A DNA stretch of 64,000 bases, taken from the NCBI GenBank assembly GCA_002269645.1, contig NIVC01002615.1, forward strand, positions 60,033-124,032, read 5' to 3'. The stretch's first letter is position 1, and every line of letters starts with the position of its first letter. Both the position numbers and the translations under genes were made by a program. This DNA comes from Macrostomum lignano. Its lineage: Eukaryota. Positions 50,583 through 63,879 of the stretch are shown here, one piece after another. A model generated the notes under the pieces. That model did not search any database. It was not told the DNA's origin and was given only the letters and a program-made list of their open reading frames with translations.

Positions 50583-52152
50583 AGACTGTATAGTAATTTA
50601 GTAAAGCATAGCATAAGCTTGACGTTTCCTCTTCGACTTCCAGACTAGAAGCGTATAACAGAATAAGGCCAGCAGTGGATACCAATACCAAAGCAGCATC
50701 TAACAGCGCGACAAGAGACAATAGAAAGACCCATAGAAATAGAATCAGACACGAAGAGAGATCAGGAAACGGACCGGAGCCGGAGGCTGAGTTGATGTGT
50801 TATTCTCTTATTGATGAATGGGGATGAGATGAGACAGTAAAAGCAAGAATGAAATGGGGGAAAGGATTCCTCGTTCCTCCCCAGTCCCGACTCCCAACCC
50901 AACGTCCCAGCCCAAGCCCAGCTATCAATATCACCCAGACCCAGCATGCATTGCATTTTGCATCTGCATGCAATGCACATACCGCATAGCCGGCATAGAA
51001 GCAAATAATTAAGAAATAAAGCAAAGCAGACGAAATAAACGAGATAGATAGAATCGAACCAGGCGACATCACTGTCACTGCACAGCACGAAGGGAAGAGT
51101 ATGAGGATTGAGGAGTCGATGTCCGAGCCCCGAGGACCGTGCGGTGCAGTGCAGAGGAAGAGCTTCTTTTCGTTCCGTTCTTTTCCCTTCGTCTTTCGTG
51201 AGAAAAATGTGAGAGTGAGGACTCGAGGAGTCGTGAGGACTGAAGACTGAGGAGTCGAGGACGAGGAGCATAGGAGTAGGAGGGAGAGCTCGAAGCTGGA
51301 TTGGTTAGAGCTTAGAGGCAGAGCACACTAGAAAGTAAATAGCTATCCTTATATGCATGGATGAGATGAGACTGCCTTGATAGTTAGGCCTATCTAAATC
51401 TATAGCAATGCATTTACTGCACTTTGCACACACTGACACAGGTTCTGAGAAAGAAAAGGGCCAGCCACGGCCCACGGTCCAACAACCACACAAAGATAGG
51501 ATGGCCCCAAGCCCCAAACCTTTCAACCAACCACATGCAAAACCTCCCCACCTTAAACGGGGCCCCCAAATGCTATGAGGTCTTTCTACGATGGGCCTTT
51601 CTCCCCCCCGGGAGGGTGGGCTAAGTCTCAATGTGCGCACGGCTCCCCAACCCCCCACGCTATCCTTCTCGATCGATAATTTTGTTCAAGACAAGGACCC
51701 ATGCCCCATACTCCATCCCCCCAGACCCAGGCCCGGCCGCGTTTTTCTATATTCACCCCTCCTTCCTATCCTCCTTTAACTCTCACGCCAGGGTGGACCT
51801 CCCCACCCTCCCCCCATTTTCAAAGCTAAATAAAGAGAGGAACCTTAGCAAACGAGGGCCTCCAACTTTTTTGTTGTGGGACTGCCCTTCTTATCTTATG
51901 TCCTTCGCGTCCTCATTTATTTGACTGAAGGCTCTTCCAAGACCCGAGATTCAAAATCGGGTAAGTTTTAAAACTCAATCATGCCTTCATGGCTCTTCTT
52001 AAGTTCCAATTAATTGTCCTCTCCCTGGCCTGGCTTGTCGCGCTGTTAGATGCTGCTTTGGTATCCACTGCTGGCCTTATTCTGTTATACGCTTCTAGTC
52101 TGGAAGTCGAAGAGGAAACGTCAAGCTTATGCTATGCTTTACTATACAGTCT
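50583..52152. mobile_element. Non-autonomous TIR element, ~1.57 kb
   Basis: 50583-50715 is the reverse complement of 52034-52152, apart from 8-bp and 6-bp insertions in the left arm. No transposase ORF inside; TSD unclear. Confidence 0.75.
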
Positions 52153-53600
52153 TCAAGCTTAGCTCTTGGGACTTGAACACTGCTAGCTTTCTAGCACGGT
52201 TACTCTTCGAATTCCTGACTTGCACAGCAGAAAAATAAGGCACGCGGTGAATGCCAGTGTGGTCTCTGTGCTCAACAAAGTATCTGTACCCACCCATTAT
52301 AGACCAAACAAGATGTCGCTTGCTAGTTACTTAACTAACTTGCGCTTTTTTGTGAATGAATTCACTGGTTGTTTATCTGAATTTACATACCGACGCTCGA
52401 CCTCGAAGCGGCGTTGGCCCGATAATTCGGTGTCTGACTGACTGCCCTGTCAGTGTCGCTACGTTGAGAACTGATTGTGACACTGACAGCCCCTAAAACT
52501 AGATGAAACTCAGGTCTGGCTACGCCACTGACTGACCAAAGTGATAATGTCTCGTTTTTATTTTTTTTCTTTCTGTAATCTGTACTTTTTTCATTTTTTG
52601 TATCTGACAATTGTTGAAATAAATGCTACTTCTGCGTGCTGCAGTTTATCTGCAGCTGCAATGCCAATGCCAATGGCTTGAGCTTGACGATTGACAATAC
52701 TACAATAAAATAGGCCTATCGCAAGTAAAAATGCTAAATGACAGACCGACACGGGCACTAGTAGTAGTAGTAGTGCAGTTGAGTTTCGTTTACGAGCATT
52801 TAATGGAGGTCAAATGGTGTTTTTTTATAAAATCACGCACTGACTCGACTGATTAATAATTGTAATCTATCGTAACCAAAGAGTATTGAGGTCAATACCT
52901 CAATACTCTTTGATCGTAACGCAACCTATAATATACATTGGTCTGGAACTGGCGTTGACTGCATATTTAGACTATAGGCTATCGAATCAGATCTTTTTTG
53001 ACTTAAAAGGTCAAATGCGCGTCACGTAAAATACACACCTTATTCGCTTCAAAACGTAGAATCGATAAATTATGTTATCAATGTTTGATAAATCTAGTTA
53101 GACTTGCATTCCATTGAATCATTTGTTGAATTAAATTATTTACCTGTGTGGTTATTAAATTTATTCTATTAGTAATTAGATAATAATTATATTCAACGGC
53201 AGCACGCTTCGTTTATTTACTTTAGTTTAAAAGCCGAAAACCACGGTCAAAATGAAGGCGATAAAGTTGATAGCGAAAATACGAGTATAGTGCTGATAAT
53301 TAATTTGATATTTATTGCGTATACATAGTATAGTATAGTCTATTATTTGCCCAAATCCATTAAAAACTTTTACTGAGATAATAACGGCCTCCACCCGAAT
53401 CTAGAGGCCCACGATTCACGAATTCTGTTTTTAAGTGCCCATTGCTCCCCATTCCACCCAGTAACTTTTTTCACCGCATCTCGCCCCAGCCGGTTGCTGA
53501 GAATTGACTCACCGATCCCTTCGTGATTCCCCTAGAATTTCCCTCCATAGACTTCCCTCTCCCTAGAACATACATGCCCAACACCCTGGGCCAAGAGGTC

Positions 53601-54102
53601 TTGACTTAGCTAGCTGCAGGGGGTTCCGTGCGTCCGGAAACAGCGAGGAGGCGTTGCCACCCATTTCGCTAAGCCCCAGTGGCAACCACGGGCAGCTAGT
53701 GCTGCGGTGTCGCGCAGGGAGTTCTGGTGGTGCCGGTGTCCGCAGCGCGGTGTCCCCCCCCCCCCGGAGAGTCCAGGAGGTGGACTGTCGCTCGCCCGGT
53801 AAGCCCTTAGGTAGCGGACGAGCTGGCAGAGATTCTCGGGCCTGAAAACGTCGGAAAGGTCCGGGTTTGGGCCGAGGTAGGTGAGCCTGTCCTGAGCAAA
53901 GGCGGGGCATTCACAGATGAAATGCTCCGCATTCTCGACACCGGAGAGGCAGAATGGGCATTCCCACTGCGGATTTTTCCCTGGAGGTAGCGATGCCTGG
54001 CAAAACAGCCATGAGCCGAGAGGGCCATGGTCACCGCCCTGATGTCCATGCGGTTGAGTCCAAGCAGGGTCTTGCGCAGGGCGGAGGAAGGACAGGGGAC
54101 AG
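53601..54102 (-). mobile_element. 5'-truncated non-LTR retrotransposon (ORF2 C-terminus with CCHC knuckle), frameshifted
   Basis: [27 protein letters not shown] then [30 protein letters not shown] in another frame; identical 16-bp flanks CCTGGGCCAAGAGGTC at 53585-53600 and 54103-54118. Confidence 0.88.
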
Positions 54103-55587
54103 CCTGGGCCAAGAGGTCCGGCCAAGGTAAGTCGCGAAAACGCTGACCCGAAAAAATACACACGGAGTACTAATTAGATGACGAGGCATTTAACCTTTAT
54201 AATACAGTTATAGTTACTCTTGCCGCTTACTCAAAATTACGTTACCAGCTCATTTTTGCTTTCTTTCATAGGTAAGTCGCATTTTTTGATCAAAAAGTAA
54301 GTCGCACGTACGGCCAGGTGAAATTTCGAAGCTGGGCTTGCATGTCCCTATAATTCCCCGTTTAGTTGCCCCTTGGCTAGCTTGGATTGCTCCTAGAGTT
54401 CTAGGATCCCCCCCTAGGAATTTCCCCTAGGATTAACCCAAATTCATGTATATGTAGAATATGGAATGCATATGTGGGAATCGCACCGCATTGAATTCTT
54501 TCCGATTGTCAATTTATTTATGCCTCGTGACACTCACGAGCTGTAGCTGCAAGTTTAGCAAAAAAATTCGAATTTTACCTCTGTCTTAATGCCAATGAGA
54601 TATGAGCCTAATACACCCCAAGTGTATGTGCCTATGTCTATGTGAGAGGCTGCTTCAGATCAGCTTCAAGATTATAGGTTGCTTGATCCTAAAATCTTCA
54701 TTAATTGGAGCGGAAAGGCCGTCGTGCGTTGCCCAATTAAATAAGAAATTTACTGTTTTGTTGTACAGTAAATCCTTCCTTTGAGTTATTTTACGAGTAC
54801 ATAGTAATCTCACATTTATTTGGTACGCATTCTTATACTACTAGTAGTAGGCAATGCTAGGTTAATAATTCTTTAGGCGAGTAGAATGGCTATTAAATCT
54901 GAAAACAATCCATATACTAAAAATGAAAATCTTGCTTGCTTGTACGCAATCGATTATCTCCCAAAAGGCTTGACCGATTTTCTTCGAACTTGCCAGCTCA
55001 ATCCCTGGCAAGCTTTCCTTATTTCTTTTCCCTTTTTTTCTTTTCCTTATACTTTTTCTAAGAAACCTAGAAATCATAGAAACCTAAGAAACTAAGAAAC
55101 TAATAAACCGGTCGAAACAACAAGCCCTAATCGCAAAAGTGCTGTTTAGAATATAGGCAAATAAGCCAAATTGGTTCGACCGGAATTTCATGCAAAGCTA
55201 TCTACAATTTAATCAGTATATATTACTGATTTAGCAACAAAGCAGTAGTATGTAAACTCTTTTTTTCCGAGTGAAAGGTGGAACCCTGGAATGCGCAAGA
55301 ATTCGAAGCTGGAATTTAGGGCCGGTGCGAATGATGCAAAAATCTGCTGCCCTGTAAATGTTAGCCATCCAGAATGACTTATTGGTCGCGAATTCATGCA
55401 GAGTACGGCAGCTCGGGGTTGAAGCTATTAAGGAATGCAGCGATTTTTTTTCGGGGAGATCGAACTGGGGTTGGTTGAACCCAGCCTCCAACCGCAGTCC
55501 GTCTCTATTTGCGACTGCTTGCCTCCCTGCCCACTCCGAGCCCCCCTCTCTTCAATCAACGCCAACACCTCCTGGGTCCCGATCGTC

Positions 55588-55595
55588 TATAAAAA
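55588..55595 (+). promoter_or_regulatory. TATA box of the TGF-beta-family gene; 5'UTR intron 55702-55798
   Basis: TATAAAAA, followed by donor ACG|GTAAGT and acceptor ttcgacAG just before the ATG at 55808. Confidence 0.55.
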
Positions 55596-55807
55596 CTCGA
55601 CCAGTTGGCGGCCGCGGCGAGGACCCACTGCTCTCACGCTTGTTCCACTGGTGCGGCGGTTCGTTTTGTTTGTCCGACCAAACCTGTCTCGAATTCGAAC
55701 GGTAAGTTAACTATTTCTGAGCCTCAGATTCTGTCATTATAAATGAGCTGTTAGGAACGTTGCTTTAACCAAATTGGAAACAAACCCCAATTCGACAGCA
55801 AAAAGTC

Positions 55808-56330
55808 ATGTCTCTGAGTTCCCGTTGCCTGTGCTTGGCCGCCGCCATCTGCCTGTGCGGCTGCCTGCTCTGCGCTGACTCTGCGCCAGCGCCAACAACA
55901 TTCGCCACTCCGGAGCCTCTAGTGAGCAGCAGCACGGAGGAGGACGCCGTGTCATTTCTGCACAAGGAATTTTACTCGAATGCGGGGACAACTAAGGATG
56001 GCCGAGTGATTAGCGACATCATCAGGGAAGAACTACGTCGGATTAACCTGAAGTACGAAGGACTCTCCAACATGACCGTCAGTACGTGGCGGAAGTTTCT
56101 GCGCGATGCTTATATGGGCGTCTATTTAAAGCAGCAATCAATGTCGGACAGGGTCACTAATCTACTGTACGAAAACCTGGGCATCAGCAAGGGTGACGTA
56201 CTGCTAGATGTCAGCGAGAAAGAGGACCTCCTCACGCGCATACCGGATGCCATTTTAACGCGCGTGTACAAGTGGAACGCGAGGCCAATGACGCGCAAGT
56301 TTGAGGAGTCCATCTTTATCGGAACGCCAA
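55808..56330 (+). CDS. TGF-beta-family ligand, exon 1 (signal peptide and prodomain)
   Basis: MSLSSRCLCLAAAICLCGCLLCADS signal peptide; donor CCAA|GTAAGT in phase 1. Confidence 0.88.
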
Positions 56331-56792
56331 GTAAGTTTTTAGTTGCTACCCTATTAAAGTTGCCTTTGGGCCATGAAAGAAACCAACTGTTAAGGTTATA
56401 CAGTGTGGCAAGGACGGGCGGTTGACTTTGTCAAAACGACAGTTTAGGAATAAAAGAGACATATGGGCACTCCTTGCAGAGGTGGTCATTAGTGTCTAGT
56501 GCTCGAAGAATTTCGAATCGACACGTAATTGGAACTAATTAGGACATTCCCGTCTCGACAGGTGGACCAACTGAGTGGACCAGCCCCGAATACGAAACTA
56601 CTTAAACAAGAGGCTTTGTCTCTTAACTACTATCAAAGATCTCAATCTGTTCCATGGTTTTCATTTACGAGCCAGCTTTCCTCCTAGCAGGTACATGTAG
56701 GCAGGAGCTAGAAGGGCAATTATCAACTGAGAAACTTGAATCTTTCTCGCATTATTCTCAGTAGCTGATGAGATATCGCTAAAATCCCACAG

Positions 56793-57473
56793 AGACGATT
56801 CAAGATCTGGCAGGCAGGGAGCACCATGGTTGGAGCTTCATAATTGACAGGTCCATCAGCGAGCAGCGCATTACTAAGCTGAGCATGAGCGTCCATCTGA
56901 CGCCGAAGTCGCGTCCCCTAGTGAAAGCCATGCGAATTTCAGTCTACCAGCTCAGCAATGCGTCCGATACTTTGTTGAGTCCCGGGGCTACGAGAACCAA
57001 GAATGTGATTCTGTCAGCAGCAGCCATGGACGAGATCTCAGTGGACTTCAGCGCAGATGTTAAGCCGATTATCACGAAATTTTTTTCGCCACAGAGCGGT
57101 GACCAGATCGAACTGTTTTTCTTGATCGAATGTCCTCAATGCAAAACTAAAAGTGACTTGAACGTGGCCTACCTGGTGATGGATTGCAAAGTCCGCATTA
57201 GAGAGACAACTGGACCAGAGGACCAGCAGAATGACCGGCAGAAGCGCGAAGCAAGCAGAGAGCCCTGGCCATTTGAAGTAGCCGCCGCCTCATTGTTCAA
57301 CAACGTAACGTCCAGCAAGGACATCACTAAGACGCAAAAGTGCATCCTTGAGAAGATGCGCATGCGACATGGTCAGGTGTCCTGCTGTATGATGGACTTC
57401 ACGTACGACCTAATCCACCAGAGTGCTGTGCTGGCGCCGCGTCAGCTTCAAATCAACTACTGCACTGGAGAAT
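56793..57473 (+). CDS. TGF-beta-family ligand, exon 2 (prodomain, RQKR furin site, start of the mature domain)
   Basis: Phase-1 acceptor cccacAG; RQKR then KC...SCC...VLAPRQLQINYCTGE|; donor GTGAGT. Confidence 0.92.
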
Positions 57474-57579
57474 GTGAGTAACCTCCTAGTTGAATTCGGA
57501 TTTCATGCCAGTTTTGCTGGGCAACCATTGAGTGATTATTTGGCTGCATTTTTGCTAAACCAATTCCCCCCTTTGACAG

Positions 57580-57812
57580 GCCACGGCCAGTCCGAAGTGA
57601 ACAACGCTCACAGCTCGCTGCTGCAGATCTTTAGCCACAGTCAGACAAGCCAGCTGAGCCATGCAACCCGAGAGGAGATCAGCCTCTGCTGCGTGGCCAA
57701 CACCTATCGGGACTTCCAGGTACTGACAGTGGTTCGCAAACCCGGTGGCGGCAGCAACGTGCAGCTCAAGACTATCAAGGACTTGTCCGCTGAGACTTGC
57801 ACCTGCGCTTGA
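57580..57812 (+). CDS. TGF-beta-family ligand, exon 3 (cystine-knot C-terminus)
   Basis: CHGQSEVNNAHSSLLQ...LCCVANTY...IKDLSAETCTCA*; phase-1 acceptor ccctttgacAG. The spliced CDS is 1437 nt (478 aa). Confidence 0.95.
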
Positions 57813-59324
57813 AGCGACAGACGCCGAAGGGTCTTAAACGGGAACCGGAGTGATCAGACAGCACGGGACTGAGGGCTTAACGAGTCGAAGTGTAACTTCT
57901 GTAAACTGACAATTAATGATATGCTGTTGGGAATGCAAAAGTTGGACAGAAAATGGGCTCGAATATTCTCAATGCTCGCAACTGCTTAGCAATCGGCAAC
58001 ACCACTCGTCCGCGCTTTCCGTCGGTTCGTCATTGTCATTTATTCGATTGAGTTTCTTCTCGCACTCAACTCTTAATTTATCGATTGCCCGCGTCTCTTT
58101 CGCTATTACAATTTGTTATACCATGTTTACTATTAAATTTGTTAAACTGATTGGCAATCGCGCGTACCGGTTTACTATTATATTTTAGAGAAACAGCCCC
58201 ACCAATTGAAGCGAAAGACTTCCCGATTTGCCTTTCTACGAGCATTCTGCACCATTCGGGCGAAGTGCGCCTCTTATCGGAGCTCACTCTGACGTCGCAC
58301 CCGCATCTTTCCCTAGTAACAAGGCTTCTTCATTTTTGCATCGTATATTTTTTATACCACTCATTGCTACTCACCTCTCTCTGCATTAACGTGGCGCGCT
58401 CTGGGCTTTCAAACTGATCAAGCCAATTTTGTAGCCACTTTTAGCCGAACCAACTCGAAAGTTATGAATTTATCGGCAAAATAATAAATTTAGATGAAAG
58501 ATTGGAATGAAAAATTATTAAAAGAATTCAAAAGGCTAATACTGGCTCGCAATGAAACAAGGAAAACATGCTTTTCTGCTTTAATAACAATATATGGTTC
58601 ATGAGTTGACCATTTTTCCTTCCATCTATATTATCGGAATGCTTTCAAATAGTCACAGAATATGTTTTTCTAGTAATAATTATAAACTATTCATTTTTAT
58701 ACATTAGTGTGTGTTTTTAGCTAAACTGCAGTTGCTCTGTCTCCTGCCTGACAGCCCAACTGCACAGATTCACATGCTTTCAGTTATAATTTAATCCGCC
58801 CCCGTCACGCTCACCTGTCTGATTCGTCATCAGCCATGAGTTCTTAACAATATCTGCTAGCCTCATTAAATATCTATCATTTATCTGTCGACAATTATAA
58901 ACCGATGAAGCACTGCACTGCACTGCAACTATTTCTGGTCACTTTGAAGGCGCCTCGAGTGACTCTAATAATGTTTTCACCGGAGAAATTCCATATCCTG
59001 TTCATTTTTTCATCAATTTTATTTGATTTGGTCAATAGCAGCAGTTGGTTGAGCAATATTTAACTGATATTTTGCTCTGGTTATGCAAGAAGTGCTTAGT
59101 CTATATGTTTTCTAAGCTTTGAAGCTTATTTTTAGCGTAAAACTGAGGCAACCTGTGTTTGTTTCTAAGGAGTTGTTTTGCTTCGGGTTAGGGTCGTTTT
59201 ATCCCCATCAAGTCCCGCTGATGAACAAAATAAATGAGCTCCAACTGAGTGGAAGTTAAACAGGATCAGATAAATGTTTGACTTGTTTAATTACCTTTCC
59301 TGATGAGAGCCATTCTGAAAAAGA

Positions 59325-59810
59325 ACTCCATCTCACCCAGCATCCTCCATGTCACCCAGCATCCTCCATCTCACCCAGCATCCTCCATGTCATCCAGCAT
59401 CCTCCATCTCACCCAGCATCCTCCATGTCATCCAGCATCCTCCATCTCACCCAGCATCCTCCATCTCACCAGCATCCTCCATGTCATCCAGCATCCTCCA
59501 TCTCACCCAGCATCCTCCATCTCACCCAGCATCCTCCATGTCATCCAGCATCCTCCATCTCACCCAGCATCCTCCATGTCATCCAGCATCCTCCATCTCA
59601 CCCAGCATCTTCCGTCCCAAACAGCATCTTCCATCTCACCCAGCATCCACTATCTTACCCTGCCTCATTAATCTCACCCAGCATCCTAAAACTCACCCAG
59701 CATCCTAAAACTCACCCAGCATCCTAAAACTCCCCCAGCATCCTAGAACTCACCCAGCATCCTAAAACTCACCCAGCAACCTTAATCTCCCCCAACAACT
59801 TTAATCTCCC
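59325..59810. repeat. 19-bp tandem repeat CCCAGCATCCTCCATCTCA and variants
   Basis: Direct reading. Confidence 0.93.
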
Positions 59811-60253
59811 CAAAGTCTCTAATCTCGATCGTGGAAAATGTATTGCATCCTGCATTAGCCCTCCTACTTTCGTATCGATAGCAATCGTTAATCATCAGGC
59901 CGCACAGACTACAATTCGCCCTTCAAATCTCTATTAAAGATGATATTTTGCATGGCCACCCTGTGTTTTTTCGGATCTATCTAGATGTAGATTGGGGCCA
60001 GCGCTGTAAACAAAATGGAATTCATCTCGACGCAGTGATAAGCTGCTATAGAATCGCAAAGTTTTGGGATTGATTGCCTTGCCGTGTCTAAATGCCACGG
60101 CGTAGAGTGATGGAGGGGCGATGTTGAACAAAGTTTTGAAAATTAACTTTCTAAAGAACGGAAGGACACTGGCTGCAGATGTCCTCTAAAATATGCCACT
60201 GATACAGTGCTGCAAAATTATATTAGTGCTTATAATTGTTACATTGCTTTAAC

Positions 60254-60254
<1 letters not shown>

Positions 60255-60332
<78 letters not shown>

Positions 60333-60890
60333 CCGTGGAAGGCAAGGGGAAGAATGCTAACGAAAGGATTGGGAATATTAAGTGAGAAGAAAGAGTGTCG
60401 GATAGGGGTTGGTTATATGGGACAGGGGTACAGAGGTGAAATGAAAGAGGAGTTGAGAAGATAAAGGAGAATCTTCTCCCACATGAAGGGGAAGAAAGAG
60501 AGATGAAGGGGAAGGAGGGGAGATGAAGGGAGAGCAGGGAGATGAATGGAGAGCAGGGGAGATGAAGGGAGAGCAGGGAGATGAATGGAGAGCAGGGGAG
60601 ATAAAGGGAGAGCAGGGAGATGAAGGGGAGCAGGGAGATGAAGGGGGAGCAGGGAGATGAAGGGAGAGCAGGGAGATGAAGGGAGAGCAGGGAGATGAAG
60701 GGGGAGCAGGGGAGATGAAGGGGAGCAGGGGAGATGAAGGGGGGCAGGGAGATGAAGGGGGAGCAGGGGAGATGAAGGGGGAGCAGGGAGATGAAGGGAG
60801 TAAGGAGATGAAGGGAGAGCAGGGAGATAAAGGGGGAGCAGAGAGATGAAGGGAGAGCAGGGAGATAAAGGGGAGCAGAGAGATGAAGGG
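60255..60890. repeat. (GA)n tract and 19/20-bp repeat GGGAGATGAAGGGAGAGCA
   Basis: Direct reading. Confidence 0.92.
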
Positions 60891-61504
60891 GGTAACAGCG
60901 GAGAAAAAGGAGCAAAAAACACGAGAGAGAAAAGCGAGATGAAGGGAGATCAAAGGATGGAAGGTGGAGTACGTGAGCTTATGCAATGGGAAAGATGGAG
61001 CTGCAATCCAAAAGAATGAAGAAGCCGAGAGGAGAAATGTATGAATGAGAATTTTGCCTGGGCACTCAGGAATTTTCTAATGAGGAAACATCTGACATTT
61101 CCGCTTGCATAGGCCAAGCAGTTCATGATGGAATGTCATTTGTCATCATCAACATTCCAGGGGCTGTGGCTGCTTGCTGTAATATCTCTCTCCACTGGTT
61201 CTCTTGTTTTCTTCTTTCAGAACTGCCAGTTTGGGCTCTCCCCTCGGGCAGTTGTAAATCACGCCTGCCAGCGAGACATCCAGGTGAGAAATGGGCAAAT
61301 CAGCGAAGGCTGCACTTTCCGCATTCCACCGGACCATTCTAGAATAATCTTCGCGAGCTGATCCACCTCATCTGTTATTCCTGCCTCGATGGAGGGTGTT
61401 TACAATTTTCTCATCCGCATGTTTGTTTTGCTGCCCTGAGCCTGGAGAAATTCGAAAATTTTATTACAAGCATTGATCCCTGATCTATGCAATCCAAGGC
61501 AACA

Positions 61505-61785
61505 AGCCACCGTATCCATGTCAGCAAGCTACCATAGCCATGACAACAAGCTGCCGTATCCATGAAAACAACCTACTGTATCCGTACAACAAGCCACCGT
61601 ATCCATAACAACAAGCTACAGTATCCATGACAACAAGCCACAGTATCCGTGACAACAAGCCACTGTATCCGTGACAACAAGCCACAGTATCTATGACAAC
61701 AAGCCACAGTATGCATGACAACAAGCCACAGTGTCCATGACAACAAGCCACAGTATCCATGACAACAAGCTACCGTATCTGTGAT
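61505..61785. repeat. 22-bp tandem repeat GACAACAAGCCACAGTATCCAT
   Basis: About 12 degenerate copies. Confidence 0.92.
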
Positions 61786-62029
61786 GCCACGGATACGAAC
61801 CCAAGCCCCCTAGCATAGAAGACCTACAATTAGCGCAACCACTTTGCAACCTTTGCCAGTTTAAACAAAAAAACAATTAATTTCTAAGAAAGCTTGCACC
61901 CAAGAAACTCTCCGGTCAGTTCCGTTCAAACAAGGACAAGAAACAGCAGCAGAAATGATTGCTAGGAATAGAGAATCGAAATTGAAAGATGCTTGAAAAG
62001 TGAAGCCGCATTCCTTCCCGATCCCTCAC

Positions 62030-62190
62030 CGAGGACAGTGTGGTCGCCTAGAGCGCACACGTGTCGTAGATCGGGATGTAGATCACGGATGGAATGCGAC
62101 CGCAAGCAGCGGGCCTTCAGGGCCATCAATCTGAGTTTCTGGAGGCCCCCCTCGGGCTCCGCTCGGGCTAAAATGGATGGCGTGTCTCTT
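62030..62190 (-). CDS. Possible isolated internal exon of an unidentified gene
   Basis: Polypyrimidine acceptor ctccctgccctctctAG, open frame RDTPSILARAEPEGGLQKLRLMALKARCLRSHSIRDLHPDLRHVCALGDHTVL, donor G|GTGAGG. Confidence 0.35.
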
Positions 62191-62486
62191 CTAGAGAGGG
62201 CAGGGAGATTGAGGAACATGCACCTCTCGATCATGTCGCAGGCTCCCCACTTCACTGACTGACCATTTATATTCTTTTAACACATGGCCGAGCCTATAGG
62301 CCTACAGAATAGCCAAGGCAGCACTCTTGAATTCCTGCATATAATTGCTTATTCTCCGAGCGCTTGCGTCATTAATAACCGGAACTGCGCGCAAGCGGTC
62401 AGTGCATGCCACCAGCGCGTCATCGCAGTAAAAAATGCGCCTTTGACTCCAGGAATTTTTTATGGAATTTCGACTTTTATGGAGAT

Positions 62487-63000
62487 TCTATCCCTTCATC
62501 TCCGTCTCCATATCATTCTATCCCTTCATCTCCCTCTCCATATCATTCTATCCCTTCATCTCCCTCTCCATATCATTCTATCCCTTCATCTCCCTCTCCA
62601 TATCATTCTATCCCTTCATCTCCCTCTCCATATCATTCTATCCCTTCATCTCCCTCTCCATATCATTCTATCCCTTCATCTCCCTCTCCATATCATTCTA
62701 TCCCTTCATCTCCCTCTCCATATCATTCTATCCCTTCATCTCCCTCTCCATATCATTCCATCCCTTCATCTCCCTCTCCATATCATTCCATCCCTTCATC
62801 TCCTCTCCATATCATTCCATCCCTTCATCTCCCTCTCCATATCATTCCATCCCTTCATCTCCCTCTCCATATCATTCCATCCCTTCATCTCCCTCTCCAT
62901 ATCATTCCATCCCTTCATCTCCCTCTCCGTATCATACATCCCTACATATCATTCCATCCCTTCATCTCCCTCTCCGCATCATTCCATCCCTTCATCCTTC
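62487..63000. repeat. 30-bp tandem repeat ATTCTATCCCTTCATCTCCCTCTCCATATC
   Basis: About 17 copies. Confidence 0.97.
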
Positions 63001-63879
63001 AAAATCATTCTATCCTTCGACTTTCCTACAGCAAATCTCCTTAAACCCCAATCTGAAGCTAACCTCTCCCAGTTTCAAAAGTTTATCCATTTGCTAGCAA
63101 ACTTTATCTGGTGGAAGTCGAGTCAATTTACACGTTGGCTCAGGCATCTAAATTAGTTCCCAGATCCCAGGGTTCTCGGGCACAATCAACCTTTAGCAGA
63201 CCAGCTGTTGTAACGATTGTAGCAAATTGAAATTCATAATTTTTATTCCTATATTCGAAGAGGCAGCGGCAAATCATTCAGAAGTTTAACAAATTCATAT
63301 TTACAACTGTTCCAAACACAATCCTTTCCTGTTAGCCCAGATCCTGGACAGCAACAGCAGCAGCAGCAGCTTTAAGAATTTTACTGGAGCACCGCCTGAA
63401 CTCCGAAGACCGAGAGTTCAGCGATCAATTTTTTTAGATGGCTCCGAACATCCCCTTCTCTCTGTCACATGCTTCAGCTGCTGTTGACGAAACTAATTAG
63501 CCTTAACAGTTATCAAAAAACATAAAGGGTCACGAATTGCTGGGCGTCTTTAAATGACGCCTGAATTTTGGACTCCAGATCATATTTCATGGAAAGGCTG
63601 CAACCGTTTGTACCCTTCGGAATATAAGAAACAGGGTAGCGGAGACAAACTTCAACTAAACTGCTACAAGAGGCTTTTTCGCTACTAAAGTCAAGCAGAA
63701 AGGCCTGGATTAGCAAGGCTATCAGTCAGTGCCTGGCTAAGATCCACGCTCGACAAATACTCGTACGTATAGTGATTTGTTTACCGCTAACACTTTTGCA
63801 GTGTATAACTGCTAGTGATGGGGCTCACGAACTCAAGCCCTGATCGCAACAGCCAGCTCAAACCCTTTCCCGCTCCCCT

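Noticed and set aside
56562-56700. Additional TGF-beta exon after the acceptor-like ctcgacAG at 56561
   Set aside because: In the required phase it hits a stop after 14 codons; exon 1 splices cleanly to 56793.
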